From NCBI GenBank assembly GCA_032654565.1, contig JAULAX010000017.1, forward strand, positions 608,001 to 672,000: DNA of 64,000 nucleotides. The letters run 5' to 3'. Each line of letters opens with the position of its first letter. The first letter of the stretch is position 1. The notes beneath the pieces are model-generated. The model worked only from the letters and a program-made list of their open reading frames with translations, was not told where the DNA came from and searched no databases. A program made the translations under genes and the position numbers. Of this stretch, positions 17,943-26,939 are shown piece after piece. Source of the DNA: Anaeromyxobacteraceae bacterium. GTDB taxonomy: Bacteria > Myxococcota > Myxococcia > Myxococcales > Anaeromyxobacteraceae.

Positions 17943-19280
17943 ATGCTCGGCCCCGAACACCTGGACAGGATCCCGTCCGCCGCTGGTCCGCCCCGCTCGC
18001 TGGTGCTCCCCTTCCCCCACCCGGGCAATGGCCCGGCGCAGACCCGCCCCATCCCCCGGGCCGGGCTGGTGCTCGGCCGCGGCGCGGCGGTGTTCGACCA
18101 CCCGTTCGACGATCCCGCCATGGCCACCCGCCACGCCGAGGTCTGCCTCCAGGGGACGCAGGCGGTGGTCACCGATCTGGGGAGCGCCGGCGGGACCCAG
18201 CTCAACGGCGCCACCGTGCGCGAGCCGCGGGCGCTGGCCGAGGGCGACGTGCTGCGCCTCGGCGACACCATGTTGGTCTACACCCGGCGCGAGCAGCCGC
18301 CAGCCGCCATCGCCCCCGCGCCGCGGCCCCGCCCCGGCGACGGCCCGGAGCTGACCGGCGCCACCCCGTCCATCGAGGCGGTGCGGCGCAGCGTCGACGC
18401 GGTGGCCCGCCACCCGCGCACCGTGGTGGTCACCGGCGAGACCGGCACCGGCAAGGAGGTGGTGGCCCGCCTCATCCACCAGCGCAGCGGCCGGACCGGC
18501 CCCTTCGTGGCCGTCAACTGCGGCGGCTTCACCGAGGGGCTGCTGGCCAGCGAGCTCTTCGGTCACGTGCGCGGGGCCTTCACCGGCGCCATCACCGAGC
18601 AGCAGGGGCTCTTCCGGGCCGCCGCCGGCGGCACCCTCCTCCTCGACGAGGCCAGCGACATCCCCCTGGCCCTGCAGCCGACGCTGCTGCGGGTGCTGGA
18701 GACCTGGCAGGTGCGCCCGGTGGGGAGCCCGCGCGACATCCCCGTCAACGTGCGGGTGGTGGCCGCCACCAACCGGGAGCTGGTGACGCTGGTCCAGCGC
18801 GGCCTGTTCCGCGCCGACCTCTACGCCCGGCTGGCGCAGTGGATCATCCGCATCCCGCCGCTGCGCGACCGCCGCGGCGACATCCCGGCGCTGGCCCGCG
18901 CCCTGCTGGGGCCCATCGCCGCCACCGAGCGGTCCCTGACCCCCGACCTCGAGGAGGCGCTGCTGCTCCATCCCTGGCCGCTCAACATCCGGGGGCTCTC
19001 CAACGTGCTCTCCATCGCGGTGATCGCCACGCCGGCGGGGCAGCCGCTCGGGCTCATCCCCGAGGTGCTGGCCGCACTCCAGGACAACCGCATCGACAGC
19101 GCCCAGGCCCTGCCGGCCGCGCAGCCGGTCGAGCTCGATCGGGCCGGGCTGGACGCCCTGCTCCAGGAGTTCGGCGGCCGGGTGGCGGAGATGGCCCGCC
19201 ACGTCGGGGTCTCGCGGCCGAAGATGTACCGGCTGCTCTGGGCGGCGGACCTCGACCCGGCCGCCTTCCGGGCCCGGTAG
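17943..19280 (+). CDS. FHA-domain sigma54 enhancer-binding protein
   Basis: FHA-like N-terminus, GETGTGKE, ELFGHVRGAFTGA, LLLDE, FRADLYARL, C-terminal HTH. GGAGG RBS before ATG 17943 (alternative start 17874). Confidence 0.92.
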   Translation: MLGPEHLDRIPSAAGPPRSLVLPFPHPGNGPAQTRPIPRAGLVLGRGAAVFDHPFDDPAMATRHAEVCLQGTQAVVTDLGSAGGTQLNGATVREPRALAEGDVLRLGDTMLVYTRREQPPAAIAPAPRPRPGDGPELTGATPSIEAVRRSVDAVARHPRTVVVTGETGTGKEVVARLIHQRSGRTGPFVAVNCGGFTEGLLASELFGHVRGAFTGAITEQQGLFRAAAGGTLLLDEASDIPLALQPTLLRVLETWQVRPVGSPRDIPVNVRVVAATNRELVTLVQRGLFRADLYARLAQWIIRIPPLRDRRGDIPALARALLGPIAATERSLTPDLEEALLLHPWPLNIRGLSNVLSIAVIATPAGQPLGLIPEVLAALQDNRIDSAQALPAAQPVELDRAGLDALLQEFGGRVAEMARHVGVSRPKMYRLLWAADLDPAAFRAR

Positions 19281-19306
19281 CCCGGCCCTCGCCACCGGCT
19301 CACCTC

Positions 19307-19326
19307 GTTCGCGAACGTTCCCGGAC
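19307..19326. promoter_or_regulatory. Recurring motif B, copy 2
   Basis: GTTCGCGAACGTTCCCGGAC. Confidence 0.7.
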
Positions 19327-19392
19327 GCCGCCCGGCCTTCGGCGCCGATGACGTGGTGCAGCAACGGCGGCTGGTTGCCGACCGCGCGCCGC

Positions 19393-19408
19393 GGGCACGG
19401 CGGGTGCT
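19393..19408 (+). promoter_or_regulatory. sigma54 promoter for barrel-csbD-AI-2E operon
   Basis: GGGCACGGCGGGTGCT (GG-N10-GC). Confidence 0.65.
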
Positions 19409-19500
19409 CTGGATTGGGCAGCGGACCGCTCCCGTGCCTCACCCGTCAGGCACCCGAAGGAGCGGCGACGTCCCTCGACGGCACCTCGGAGCAGCACCTC

Positions 19501-20118
19501 ATGAACCGATCTCTCCAGGCCTCACTGGCGCTCTCGCTGGTCCTGCTCGCCTCCCCGGCGCTGGCCCAGTCCGACGGCGGGCTCGACCTGACCCTCCACG
19601 CCGGGTACGACAAGTACGACGCCGTGGGGCTGAGGAGCGGCCTCGGTGGCCTGCACGGCTCCAGCCTGCTCGACGGCGGCTCCCGCACCCTGGGCGTCAC
19701 CGCCATCTTCCGCAGCGGCATGGGCGAGCTGGGCGCCATCGGCGAGGTCGGTCGCATCGGCCAGGACGGCACCACCACCCTGCTCGGCGTCCTGCTCGGC
19801 CCGGGGTTCGACCTCGGCGGGGCCCGCCTCGAGCTGCTCGGCGAGCTGGGCGCCCACCAGTACGGCAACGTGCTCCATGACGCCGCGGTGGTGTCGCAGA
19901 GCAAGAACGAGGCCTGGCTGGTCTCGGTCGGCCTGCGCCCCGGGCTCTCCTTCCGGCTCGGCTCCAGCCACTCGATGATCCTCGGCGTCTGGACCTTCGC
20001 CCGCTGGGACCTCACCAGCCAGGACGTCCAGGTGAACCTGGCCGGCAGCGGCAACTCCACCTACACGCTGGGCGGCTCGCAGTACGGCGCCTCGCTCCGC
20101 TTCGGCTTCAGCCTGTAG
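19501..20118 (+). CDS. Exported protein, probable small outer-membrane beta-barrel
   Basis: Signal peptide ending ALA-Q, alternating amphipathic strands, C-terminus YGASLRFGFSL. Confidence 0.65.
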   Translation: MNRSLQASLALSLVLLASPALAQSDGGLDLTLHAGYDKYDAVGLRSGLGGLHGSSLLDGGSRTLGVTAIFRSGMGELGAIGEVGRIGQDGTTTLLGVLLGPGFDLGGARLELLGELGAHQYGNVLHDAAVVSQSKNEAWLVSVGLRPGLSFRLGSSHSMILGVWTFARWDLTSQDVQVNLAGSGNSTYTLGGSQYGASLRFGFSL

Positions 20119-20145
20119 TCCACGCCGTACCAACCGGGGGCGCAC

Positions 20146-20388
20146 ATGAACTGGGATCGAATCGAAGGCAGCTGGAAGCAGCTCAAGGGCAAGGCCAAGG
20201 TGCAGTGGGGCAAGATCACCGACGACCAGCTCGAGGTCATCGGCGGGAAGCGCGACCAGCTGGTCGGGCGGGTCCAGGAGCACTACGGGATCGCCAAGGA
20301 CGAGGCGGAGCGCCAGGTCGACCTGTTCGCCGCCTCCTTCAACGACGACGACTTCAAGGCGGTCAAGAAGGGCGCGCTGCAGGAGTGA
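20146..20388 (+). CDS. CsbD/YjbJ family stress protein
   Basis: MNWDRIEGSWKQLKGKAKVQWGKITDD...GKRDQLVGRVQEHYGIAKDEAERQV. Confidence 0.95.
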   Translation: MNWDRIEGSWKQLKGKAKVQWGKITDDQLEVIGGKRDQLVGRVQEHYGIAKDEAERQVDLFAASFNDDDFKAVKKGALQE

Positions 20389-20420
20389 GCCGCGCCAGGA
20401 CCGGCGGTTGAGGTGAGCTG

Positions 20421-21530
20421 GTGAAGGGAGACCTGCCCGTGGCGAAGGGGCCTGAGCACGCCCACGGTGGCCTGCGCCTGCTGCTGGTCGCGGCGGCGCT
20501 GGTGGTCATCGTCGGGGGGGTCTCCCAGGCCCAGTCGGTCCTGGTGGGGCTGCTGGTCTCGGTCTTCCTGGCCATCCTGGCGACCCCGCCGGTCCTCTGG
20601 CTGGAGGAGCGGCGGGTCCCCTCCGTCGTCGCCGTCCTGCTGGTGGTGATGGCCATGGTGGTCGTCCTGGTCGCCGCCGGCGTCATCGTCGGCGCCTCGG
20701 TCAACGCCTTCTCCGCCGAGCTGCCCGCCTACCAGGTCCGGATGAGGGAGCAGGTCTCGTCGCTGCAGGCCTTCCTGGCCGGCAAGGGGGTGGCCGGCGT
20801 CGACAAGCTGCTGCTCGGCTACCTCAACCCGGCGCTGGTGATGAGCCTGACCGCCCGGCTGCTGGCGGAGCTGGGCGCCGCCCTCTCCAACATCCTGCTG
20901 GTGCTGCTCACCATCACCTTCATCCTCCTCGAGGTCTCCAGCTTCCCGGCCAAGGCCCGCGCCGTCCTCGGCGATCCCCGCCAGGTCTTCCCCGAGTTCA
21001 CCGCCTTCATCGGGGAGATCGAGCGCTACGTGGTGATCAAGACGGCGATCAGCCTGGCCACCGGGCTGCTGGTCGGCCTCTGGCTCTTCGTCCTCGGCGT
21101 CGACTTCTACGTGCTCTGGGCCTTCCTCGCCTTCCTCTTGAACTACGTCCCCAGCATCGGCTCCACCGTCGCCGCCATCCCGGCGGTGCTGCTGGCCCTG
21201 GTCCAGCTGGGGCCGGGGACGGCGGCGCTGGCCGCGGCGGGCTACATGGCCGTCAACTTCTTCCTCGACAACGTCATCGAGACGCGGCTGATGGGGCGCC
21301 GGCTCAACCTCTCCACGCTGGTGGTCTTCCTCTCGTTGATCGTCTGGGGGAGCCTGCTCGGCCCGGTGGGCATGATGCTCTGCATCCCGCTCACCATGAC
21401 CCTGAAGTTCGCCTGCGAGAACAGCCAGGGGACGCGCTGGATCGCCGTGCTGCTCAGCCCCGAGCCGGAGGCGAAGCCTCGTCGGCGCCGAGGTCCAGCA
21501 GCAGCAGCTCCGACGCCGCCCGCGCCGTGA
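20421..21530 (+). CDS. AI-2E family transporter
   Basis: Multi-TM. YVVIKTAIS, LLNYVPSIG, LSTLVVFLSLIVWGSLLGPVGM. Start may be 20439. Confidence 0.92.
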   Translation: MKGDLPVAKGPEHAHGGLRLLLVAAALVVIVGGVSQAQSVLVGLLVSVFLAILATPPVLWLEERRVPSVVAVLLVVMAMVVVLVAAGVIVGASVNAFSAELPAYQVRMREQVSSLQAFLAGKGVAGVDKLLLGYLNPALVMSLTARLLAELGAALSNILLVLLTITFILLEVSSFPAKARAVLGDPRQVFPEFTAFIGEIERYVVIKTAISLATGLLVGLWLFVLGVDFYVLWAFLAFLLNYVPSIGSTVAAIPAVLLALVQLGPGTAALAAAGYMAVNFFLDNVIETRLMGRRLNLSTLVVFLSLIVWGSLLGPVGMMLCIPLTMTLKFACENSQGTRWIAVLLSPEPEAKPRRRRGPAAAAPTPPAP

Positions 21531-22182
21531 AGGAGGCGGCCCGCTCCCCGGTGATGCCGGCGCCGTCCCCACGCAGCAGGAGCTCCTGGCCGAGCACCAC
21601 CTCCCCCTTGACCACGTGGAGCCAGGCCCGCCGCCCGGCGGCGAGCTCGTGGACCACGTGCTGCCCGGGATCGAGCAGGGCCGAGTAGATCAGGGCGTCC
21701 TGGTGGATGCGCAGGGAGCCGTCGCGGCCGTCAGGGGAGGCCACCAGGCACGGCGCCCCCCGCCGCTGCGCGGCGCTGAAGCGCCGCTTCTCCGCGCTGG
21801 GCTCGAGCCCGGTCGCCGACGGGCGCACCCAGATCTGGTAGACGTGGGCCCAGTCCACCCGCGACGGGTTGCGCTCGGCGACGTGGAGGCCGCGGCCGGC
21901 CGTCACCCGGCTGAACTCACCGGCGCGGATCACCACCGGACCGCTGGTCGAGGTCTCGTAGGCCAGCTCCCCCTCCCGCACGTAGGTGACGATCTCGGCG
22001 TCGTGCAGGAAGTGGCGGGGCACCCCGGCAGCGGGCGGGAAGCGCTCCTCGTTGAGGACCTCCAGCGGCTCGAACCCTCCCTGGTGCGGCGTCGAGCGGT
22101 CCACGGCGTCGAAGGTGAGCCACACCTCCTGCCGGCGGCGGAGGTCATGCCGGCGCTCCACGGCGCGGCGCAGCGTGATCAT
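21454..22182 (-). CDS. Pirin-like (YhhW-type) cupin with degenerate metal ligands
   Basis: MITLRRAVER, LEVLNEE, EIVTYVREGEL, YQIWVRP, VASPDGRDGSLRIHQDA, LLLLDL. GAGGAGG RBS. Confidence 0.85.
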   Translation of the reverse strand: MITLRRAVERRHDLRRRQEVWLTFDAVDRSTPHQGGFEPLEVLNEERFPPAAGVPRHFLHDAEIVTYVREGELAYETSTSGPVVIRAGEFSRVTAGRGLHVAERNPSRVDWAHVYQIWVRPSATGLEPSAEKRRFSAAQRRGAPCLVASPDGRDGSLRIHQDALIYSALLDPGQHVVHELAAGRRAWLHVVKGEVVLGQELLLRGDGAGITGERAASFTARAASELLLLDLGADEASPPARG

Positions 22183-22328
22183 CGGCCCTCCTCCTCTCGC
22201 CACGCGATGCCAGCCCACTTCGGCGACACTCTCGAACCTTCGTCGTCTGCATCGCGGCCCCGGTCTGAGCCGGGTCGCGCCGGACGGCGCCCCACCCCGT
22301 CGGAGGGATGGAGCGCCCATGGCCCCGC

Positions 22329-23744
22329 CTACGGCGCCGGCTCCACCACGGTGCTGGCGTCGAGGCTGACCGCGGTCTGCGCCAGCAGGCGGCCGTTGAC
22401 GGTGGCGCCGGTGGCCAGGGTGATGGCCGTCTGGGTGAGGACCACCCCCTCGAGGTGCGAGGTGGTGCCGAGGCTGACGATGCCGGCGACCTGCCAGAAG
22501 ACGTTCTTGGCCAGCGCCCCGCCGGAGAGGTGGACCCGGATGCCGTTGGCGATGGTCAGGTCCTGGGCGATCTGGAAGATCCAGATCTCGGTGGCCGAGC
22601 CGGTCAGCGTCACGTCGGTGGGGATGAGCAGACCGGTGCCCCACTTGTAGACGCCGGCGAAGAGGGTGCCGCCGCCGATGTCCCCGGCGCCCAGCTCGGT
22701 GACGTCGGCGGCACGCCCGGCGGCGTCGGTGTAGGCCAGCTCCATGTCGCCGACCGAGGTGGTCATGTTGATGGGCGTGGGCGGCGCGAAGTCGGAGGCG
22801 AAGACCTTCCCGGTCACCTGGGTCGACGTCGAGAAGACGTTGGAGGCATCGGCGGTCAGCGCGAAGCCGGTGATGTAGGTGGCCGCCGCCGGGCTGACGC
22901 CGATGTCGCCGGTGATGGCGGAGGTCGGCACGGTGGAGATGGCGCTCTTGGCGAGGATGGCGAAGTGGCCGGCGGTCCCGAGGTTGACCGGCAAGGTCAC
23001 CAGCACCGCGCCGCGGGTGGTGAAGGTCCAGGCGTGGTTCGCGGCCAGGTGCAGGGCGCCGGTGTCCATGGCCGCGGTGGTGATGGTGGCGGTGTAGACG
23101 GTGGAGGCGAGGAGCAGGCTGGACGGCCAGAAGGCCGCCTTGGAGTCGGCGTAGACCACCGTGCCGGGGACCGCGACCGCCGGGGAGCCGACGGTCACCG
23201 TGAAGCTGGTGGCGCTGATCGAGGCCGGGTCCATGGGCTTGCTGAAGGTGGCGCTGACGCTGCCGTTGAGCGGAGCGAGCGTGGCGCCGCTGGCGGGGTT
23301 GGTGGAGGAGACGACCGGCGCGACCGGCGGCACCACGGCCACCGCGGTCCGGAAGGTCCAGGTGTGCCTGGCCTCCAGGGCCGTGCCGGCGGTGTTGCGG
23401 GCGCCGGTGGTCACCGTCGCCGTGTAGAGGGTGTCGCTGGCCAGGTTGGCGGCCTGCTGGAAGGTGGCCTTGGAGTTGAGGCTGGTCACGGCGCCGGCCA
23501 CGGCGACCGGGGCCACGCCCGAGGTCAAGGTGAAGGTGGCGCCGGTGAGCGAGGCCGGGTCCATGGCGCCGCTGAAGGTGACGCTCACCGCGGCGTTGAA
23601 GGCCACGTTGGTGGCGCTGGCCGCGGGGGTGGTGGAGACCACGGTGGGCGCCACCGGGGCGTCGCTGGTGGAGCTCCCGCAGGCGGCGAGCGTGAGCAGC
23701 AGGACGGCGGCTCCGGTGGTGTACAGCTTGCTGATGATCTTCAC
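22329..23744 (-). CDS. DUF3494 ice-binding-like lipoprotein 2 with two Ig-like (Big_5) domains
   Basis: Lipobox LAAC. Two PTVVSTTP...FS..MDPAS...YTATVTT...WTF repeats. FAILAKSAISTVP, NVFWQVAG. Confidence 0.93.
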   Translation of the reverse strand: MKIISKLYTTGAAVLLLTLAACGSSTSDAPVAPTVVSTTPAASATNVAFNAAVSVTFSGAMDPASLTGATFTLTSGVAPVAVAGAVTSLNSKATFQQAANLASDTLYTATVTTGARNTAGTALEARHTWTFRTAVAVVPPVAPVVSSTNPASGATLAPLNGSVSATFSKPMDPASISATSFTVTVGSPAVAVPGTVVYADSKAAFWPSSLLLASTVYTATITTAAMDTGALHLAANHAWTFTTRGAVLVTLPVNLGTAGHFAILAKSAISTVPTSAITGDIGVSPAAATYITGFALTADASNVFSTSTQVTGKVFASDFAPPTPINMTTSVGDMELAYTDAAGRAADVTELGAGDIGGGTLFAGVYKWGTGLLIPTDVTLTGSATEIWIFQIAQDLTIANGIRVHLSGGALAKNVFWQVAGIVSLGTTSHLEGVVLTQTAITLATGATVNGRLLAQTAVSLDASTVVEPAP

Positions 23745-23821
23745 TGGCGCTCCTTGGTGTGACGTGGTGCCACGAGGGGTGTGCGAACGGCGGGGGGATT
23801 GCGTTCCTGGCTGCTCTCAAG

Positions 23822-23837
23822 AGCATCTTCCGGGCCA
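23822..23837 (-). promoter_or_regulatory. sigma54 promoter for IBP2
   Basis: Minus strand TGGCCCGGAAGATGCT. Confidence 0.75.
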
Positions 23838-23903
23838 AGCGGAACTCCCCTGTCCCGGCGGTGTCTTGCGAGCCTGCGGGGACCCCGGGGGCCGGCCCAC
23901 CAA

Positions 23904-23934
23904 TCACAATGAAGGACCCCCTCATTCATTGTGA
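23904..23934. promoter_or_regulatory. Candidate enhancer (UAS type A)
   Basis: Perfect inverted repeat TCACAATGA-N13-TCATTGTGA, 67 bp upstream of the promoter. Confidence 0.65.
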
Positions 23935-23942
23935 GTGAGGCC

Positions 23943-23978
23943 AAAAAAACACGGGAGGGGATCGATGATCCCCTCCCG
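23943..23978 (-). terminator. Intrinsic terminator after OmpA2-IBP3
   Basis: CGGGAGGGGATC-GAT-GATCCCCTCCCG stem with T7 tail on the minus strand. Confidence 0.85.
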
Positions 23979-24032
23979 CTGGACCCCCCGGCCCCGCGGC
24001 GGCCCGGAGGCCGCCGCGCTACCACAAGACTG

Positions 24033-25514
24033 CTACGGCACCGTGATGCTGGTGACCGACGGACTGGCGGCCCCGGTCAGGGTGATGGCGCCGGCCCCCG
24101 CCGCGCCGGCCAGCACCCGGCCCAGCACGGTCGAGCCGTCGTTCACCGTGGCCGTGCGACCGGCCAGGATGTTCCCGTTCCAGCTGGTCCCCGACCCGAT
24201 GGTGATGTCCCGCCCGGTCACGAACCAGACGTTCCTGGCCTGGGCACCACCCTGCAGCACGATGGTGGTCGGGAGCAGCAGGGTGCCGGAGTCGACGAAG
24301 TCCGAGTCGACCTTGAAGATGAAGACCCCGTTGGCATCGCCCAGCGCGTCGAGCGTGGCCGTGCCACCGGCCGCCAGCCCCAGGTTGGCGTTGTGGTAGA
24401 CGCCCGGGTTGAAGGTCTTCAGGTCCATCTGGTCACCGGCGACGGGCCCCATGGTGTCGACCTTGGCCATGCCCTCGACCCAGGCGGCGTTGAGGTCGGT
24501 GGTGACCGCCGCGGCGGTCACGCCGGCGTCGAAGGGATCCCCGGCCCAGAAGATCGAGCCGTTGACCGTCATCCCGGTGGGGCTGCCGTAGGTCTTGACC
24601 AGGCAGGTCTGCGAGGCCCCGAGGTTCCCGGTGGAGTCGGTGCAGGTCGGCGTCGGGGAGAGCGCCACGTCGCCGTTGACCACGGTGACCCCGGTGGAGG
24701 TCAGCCCGGCCCGCGAGGCGATGCCGAAGCTGGCGGCCGCGCCCAGGTTGATGGCGAGCGGCGGCGGGATGATGGCCGCCGCGGTCGTGAAGCTCCAGGT
24801 GTGGGCCGCCGCCATGGCCGTGCCGATGGTGTCCTTGGCGCCGGTCGAGATGGAGGCGGTGTAGGTGGTGTTGGCGGTGAGCAGGGCGGTGGGAGCGAAG
24901 GTGGCGGTGAGGCCGGCCGAGCTGACCGCGCCGGGGACCGCCACCAGCCCGTTCATCAGGGTGTAGGTGGTGGTGGTGAGCGTGGTCCCGTCCATGGCCA
25001 CGCTGAAGGTGGCGCTCACCTGCTTGTTGAGCGGCACCAGGGTGGCGGCGTTGGCCGGATCGGTGCTCACCACCGTGGGAGCGACCACGCCGGGGCCGGC
25101 CGTGGTGAAGCTCCAGCTGTGGAGCGCGGCCATGGCCACCCCGGCGGCGTTCGTGGCGCCGGTGGTGATGGTGGCGGTGTAGACCGTGCTGGCCGCCAGG
25201 CTGCTGGCCGGCGTCAGGGTGGCCGTCATCCCGGCGTAGGAGACCGCGCCGGTGACGGACGTGGCGCCCTGCTTGAGGGTGAAGGTGGTGGCGGTCAGGG
25301 TGGTGGCGGTCATGGCCTGGCTGAAGGTGGCGCTGACCACCGTGCCGACCGCGACGTTGGTGGCGGCGCTGGCGGGGATGGTGGAGACGACGGTGGGCGC
25401 CGAGCCCGGCAGGACGGTGTTGCCGCCGGCGGGAGCGAACTCCACCAGCTGCTGTCCGCAGGCACCCAGCATGAGCGCCAGCACGGCGAGGACGCTGCTC
25501 TTGAAGGTCTTCAT
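24033..25514 (-). CDS. DUF3494 ice-binding-like lipoprotein 3 with two Ig-like (Big_5) domains
   Basis: Lipobox LGAC. Two Big_5-like repeats. TLDALGDANGVFIFK, ARNVWF, GNILA, GRVLA. Confidence 0.92.
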   Translation of the reverse strand: MKTFKSSVLAVLALMLGACGQQLVEFAPAGGNTVLPGSAPTVVSTIPASAATNVAVGTVVSATFSQAMTATTLTATTFTLKQGATSVTGAVSYAGMTATLTPASSLAASTVYTATITTGATNAAGVAMAALHSWSFTTAGPGVVAPTVVSTDPANAATLVPLNKQVSATFSVAMDGTTLTTTTYTLMNGLVAVPGAVSSAGLTATFAPTALLTANTTYTASISTGAKDTIGTAMAAAHTWSFTTAAAIIPPPLAINLGAAASFGIASRAGLTSTGVTVVNGDVALSPTPTCTDSTGNLGASQTCLVKTYGSPTGMTVNGSIFWAGDPFDAGVTAAAVTTDLNAAWVEGMAKVDTMGPVAGDQMDLKTFNPGVYHNANLGLAAGGTATLDALGDANGVFIFKVDSDFVDSGTLLLPTTIVLQGGAQARNVWFVTGRDITIGSGTSWNGNILAGRTATVNDGSTVLGRVLAGAAGAGAITLTGAASPSVTSITVP

Positions 25515-25515
25515 G

Positions 25516-26688
25516 TCACTTGCTCCCATCGTTGATGATGATGAAGTTGACGACGAACTCGACGCGCCGGTTCTTCTCGCGGCCGGCCGCGCTGTCGTTG
25601 GTGGCGGCGGGGACCGACGAGGAGAAGCCCTTGGAGACCAGCCGCTCGGCGCCGACGCCGTGGGCCACCAGGTAGTCGAGGACCGCCTTGGCGCGGTGCT
25701 CGGAGAGATCCTGGTTGTGGTCGTAGGCGCCCTCGGAGGAGGCGTGCCCCTCGACCTGGACGCGGAAGTTCCTGTTGTCCTTGAGCGCCTGGACCACCTC
25801 GTCGAGCGCCGGGAAGGAGGCGGGCTCGAGGACGGCCTCGTTCCAGTGGAAGAAGAGCTTCTCCTTCAGCTCGAGCTTGTCCGCCTTGACCACCAGCTTC
25901 TGGTAGGGCGGGCAGCCGTGGTTCTCCCACGGGCCGGCCACGTCGGGGCAGCGGTCGACGTTGTCGGGGACGCCGTCGGCGTCACGGTCGGGGCAGGAGA
26001 AGGCCTGCTGGACCACGGTGCGGACCTCGGCGGGGAGCGCCGCCTCGCGCTTGACCGGCCGCTTCACGCCGGGGCCGACCTCCAGGCTCAGCCCCACGGT
26101 GAGGAGCTTGGCGTCGTGGTTGTCGTAGCCGGCTCGCGATCCCTGGATGATCTGCGAGTAGCGGACGAACGGGCCGATCCAGTAGGCGCGCTGCTCACCC
26201 AGGGGCAGCGCGGCGCCGGCGCCCAGGGAGACCCCGGGGCGGTTGAGCGGGCCGGTGCGGACGTACTGGGCGTCAAGGTCGGCCCAGGGGGAGATGTTGT
26301 AGAAGCGGTCGTTGTCCGGGAGGTCGCGCGGCCGCTGCACCACCAGGCTGGCGCCGAAGCCCCAGGCGGTCCCGAAGCGGCTGATCCCGTCGTCCGCCGG
26401 CAGCGCCAGGAAGCTGACGCTGGGGCCGGCCGCCAGGTAGCGGTTCAGCGACCAGAGCCCCTTCACGGAGAGGGCGCCGCCCGCGGTGAAGAGCTTCGAC
26501 TGCGGCTTGGTCAGCGGGAAGGCGACCCCGGGCTCCAGCTTCAGCGAGAAGGCGCCGGCCTCGGCCGGCAGGGGATCCTGGCTGGTGGCCGCCGCCTGGG
26601 CGCCTCCGGCGACCGGGGTCAGCAGCAGGAAGGCGGCCACGACGGCGGCGATGGTCGTCGACTGTGCCTGCGGGAATCCTCGATTCAT
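25516..26688 (-). CDS. OmpA-family protein 2 (paralogue of 15191-16363)
   Basis: Same 390-aa length and long identical blocks (QRPRDLPDNDRFYN, YVRTGPLNRPG, DRDADGVPD). NRRVEF. Confidence 0.93.
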   Translation of the reverse strand: MNRGFPQAQSTTIAAVVAAFLLLTPVAGGAQAAATSQDPLPAEAGAFSLKLEPGVAFPLTKPQSKLFTAGGALSVKGLWSLNRYLAAGPSVSFLALPADDGISRFGTAWGFGASLVVQRPRDLPDNDRFYNISPWADLDAQYVRTGPLNRPGVSLGAGAALPLGEQRAYWIGPFVRYSQIIQGSRAGYDNHDAKLLTVGLSLEVGPGVKRPVKREAALPAEVRTVVQQAFSCPDRDADGVPDNVDRCPDVAGPWENHGCPPYQKLVVKADKLELKEKLFFHWNEAVLEPASFPALDEVVQALKDNRNFRVQVEGHASSEGAYDHNQDLSEHRAKAVLDYLVAHGVGAERLVSKGFSSSVPAATNDSAAGREKNRRVEFVVNFIIINDGSK

Positions 26689-26812
26689 CTGGTGCTCCTC
26701 GGTTGGGCCTGCTGGAGCGCTCCCGCGGACGGTGGTGTCCGCCGTGAGGGCGCTGAACGTTTGGGCTGGCGCCGGTGGCCGGTGCCTCCCCTCGAGTCTG
26801 GAGGTCATGCAA

Positions 26813-26828
26813 AGCACCTTCCGGGCCA
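26813..26828 (-). promoter_or_regulatory. sigma54 promoter for OmpA2-IBP3
   Basis: Minus strand TGGCCCGGAAGGTGCT, 15/16 identical to the IBP2 promoter. Confidence 0.75.
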
Positions 26829-26891
26829 TGCTTCGCATCGAGTGATTCCAGCCACTTGCAGCACGATTCCGGGACCGGGCTGGCCCAATCA

Positions 26892-26924
26892 ATCGAATTG
26901 ACGTACCCTTTCTTTCAATTCGAT
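26892..26924. promoter_or_regulatory. Candidate enhancer (UAS type A), also just upstream of the activator gene
   Basis: Perfect inverted repeat ATCGAATTGA-N13-TCAATTCGAT, about 65 bp upstream of the promoter. Confidence 0.7.
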
Positions 26925-26939
26925 GGAGACCATCCGTCC

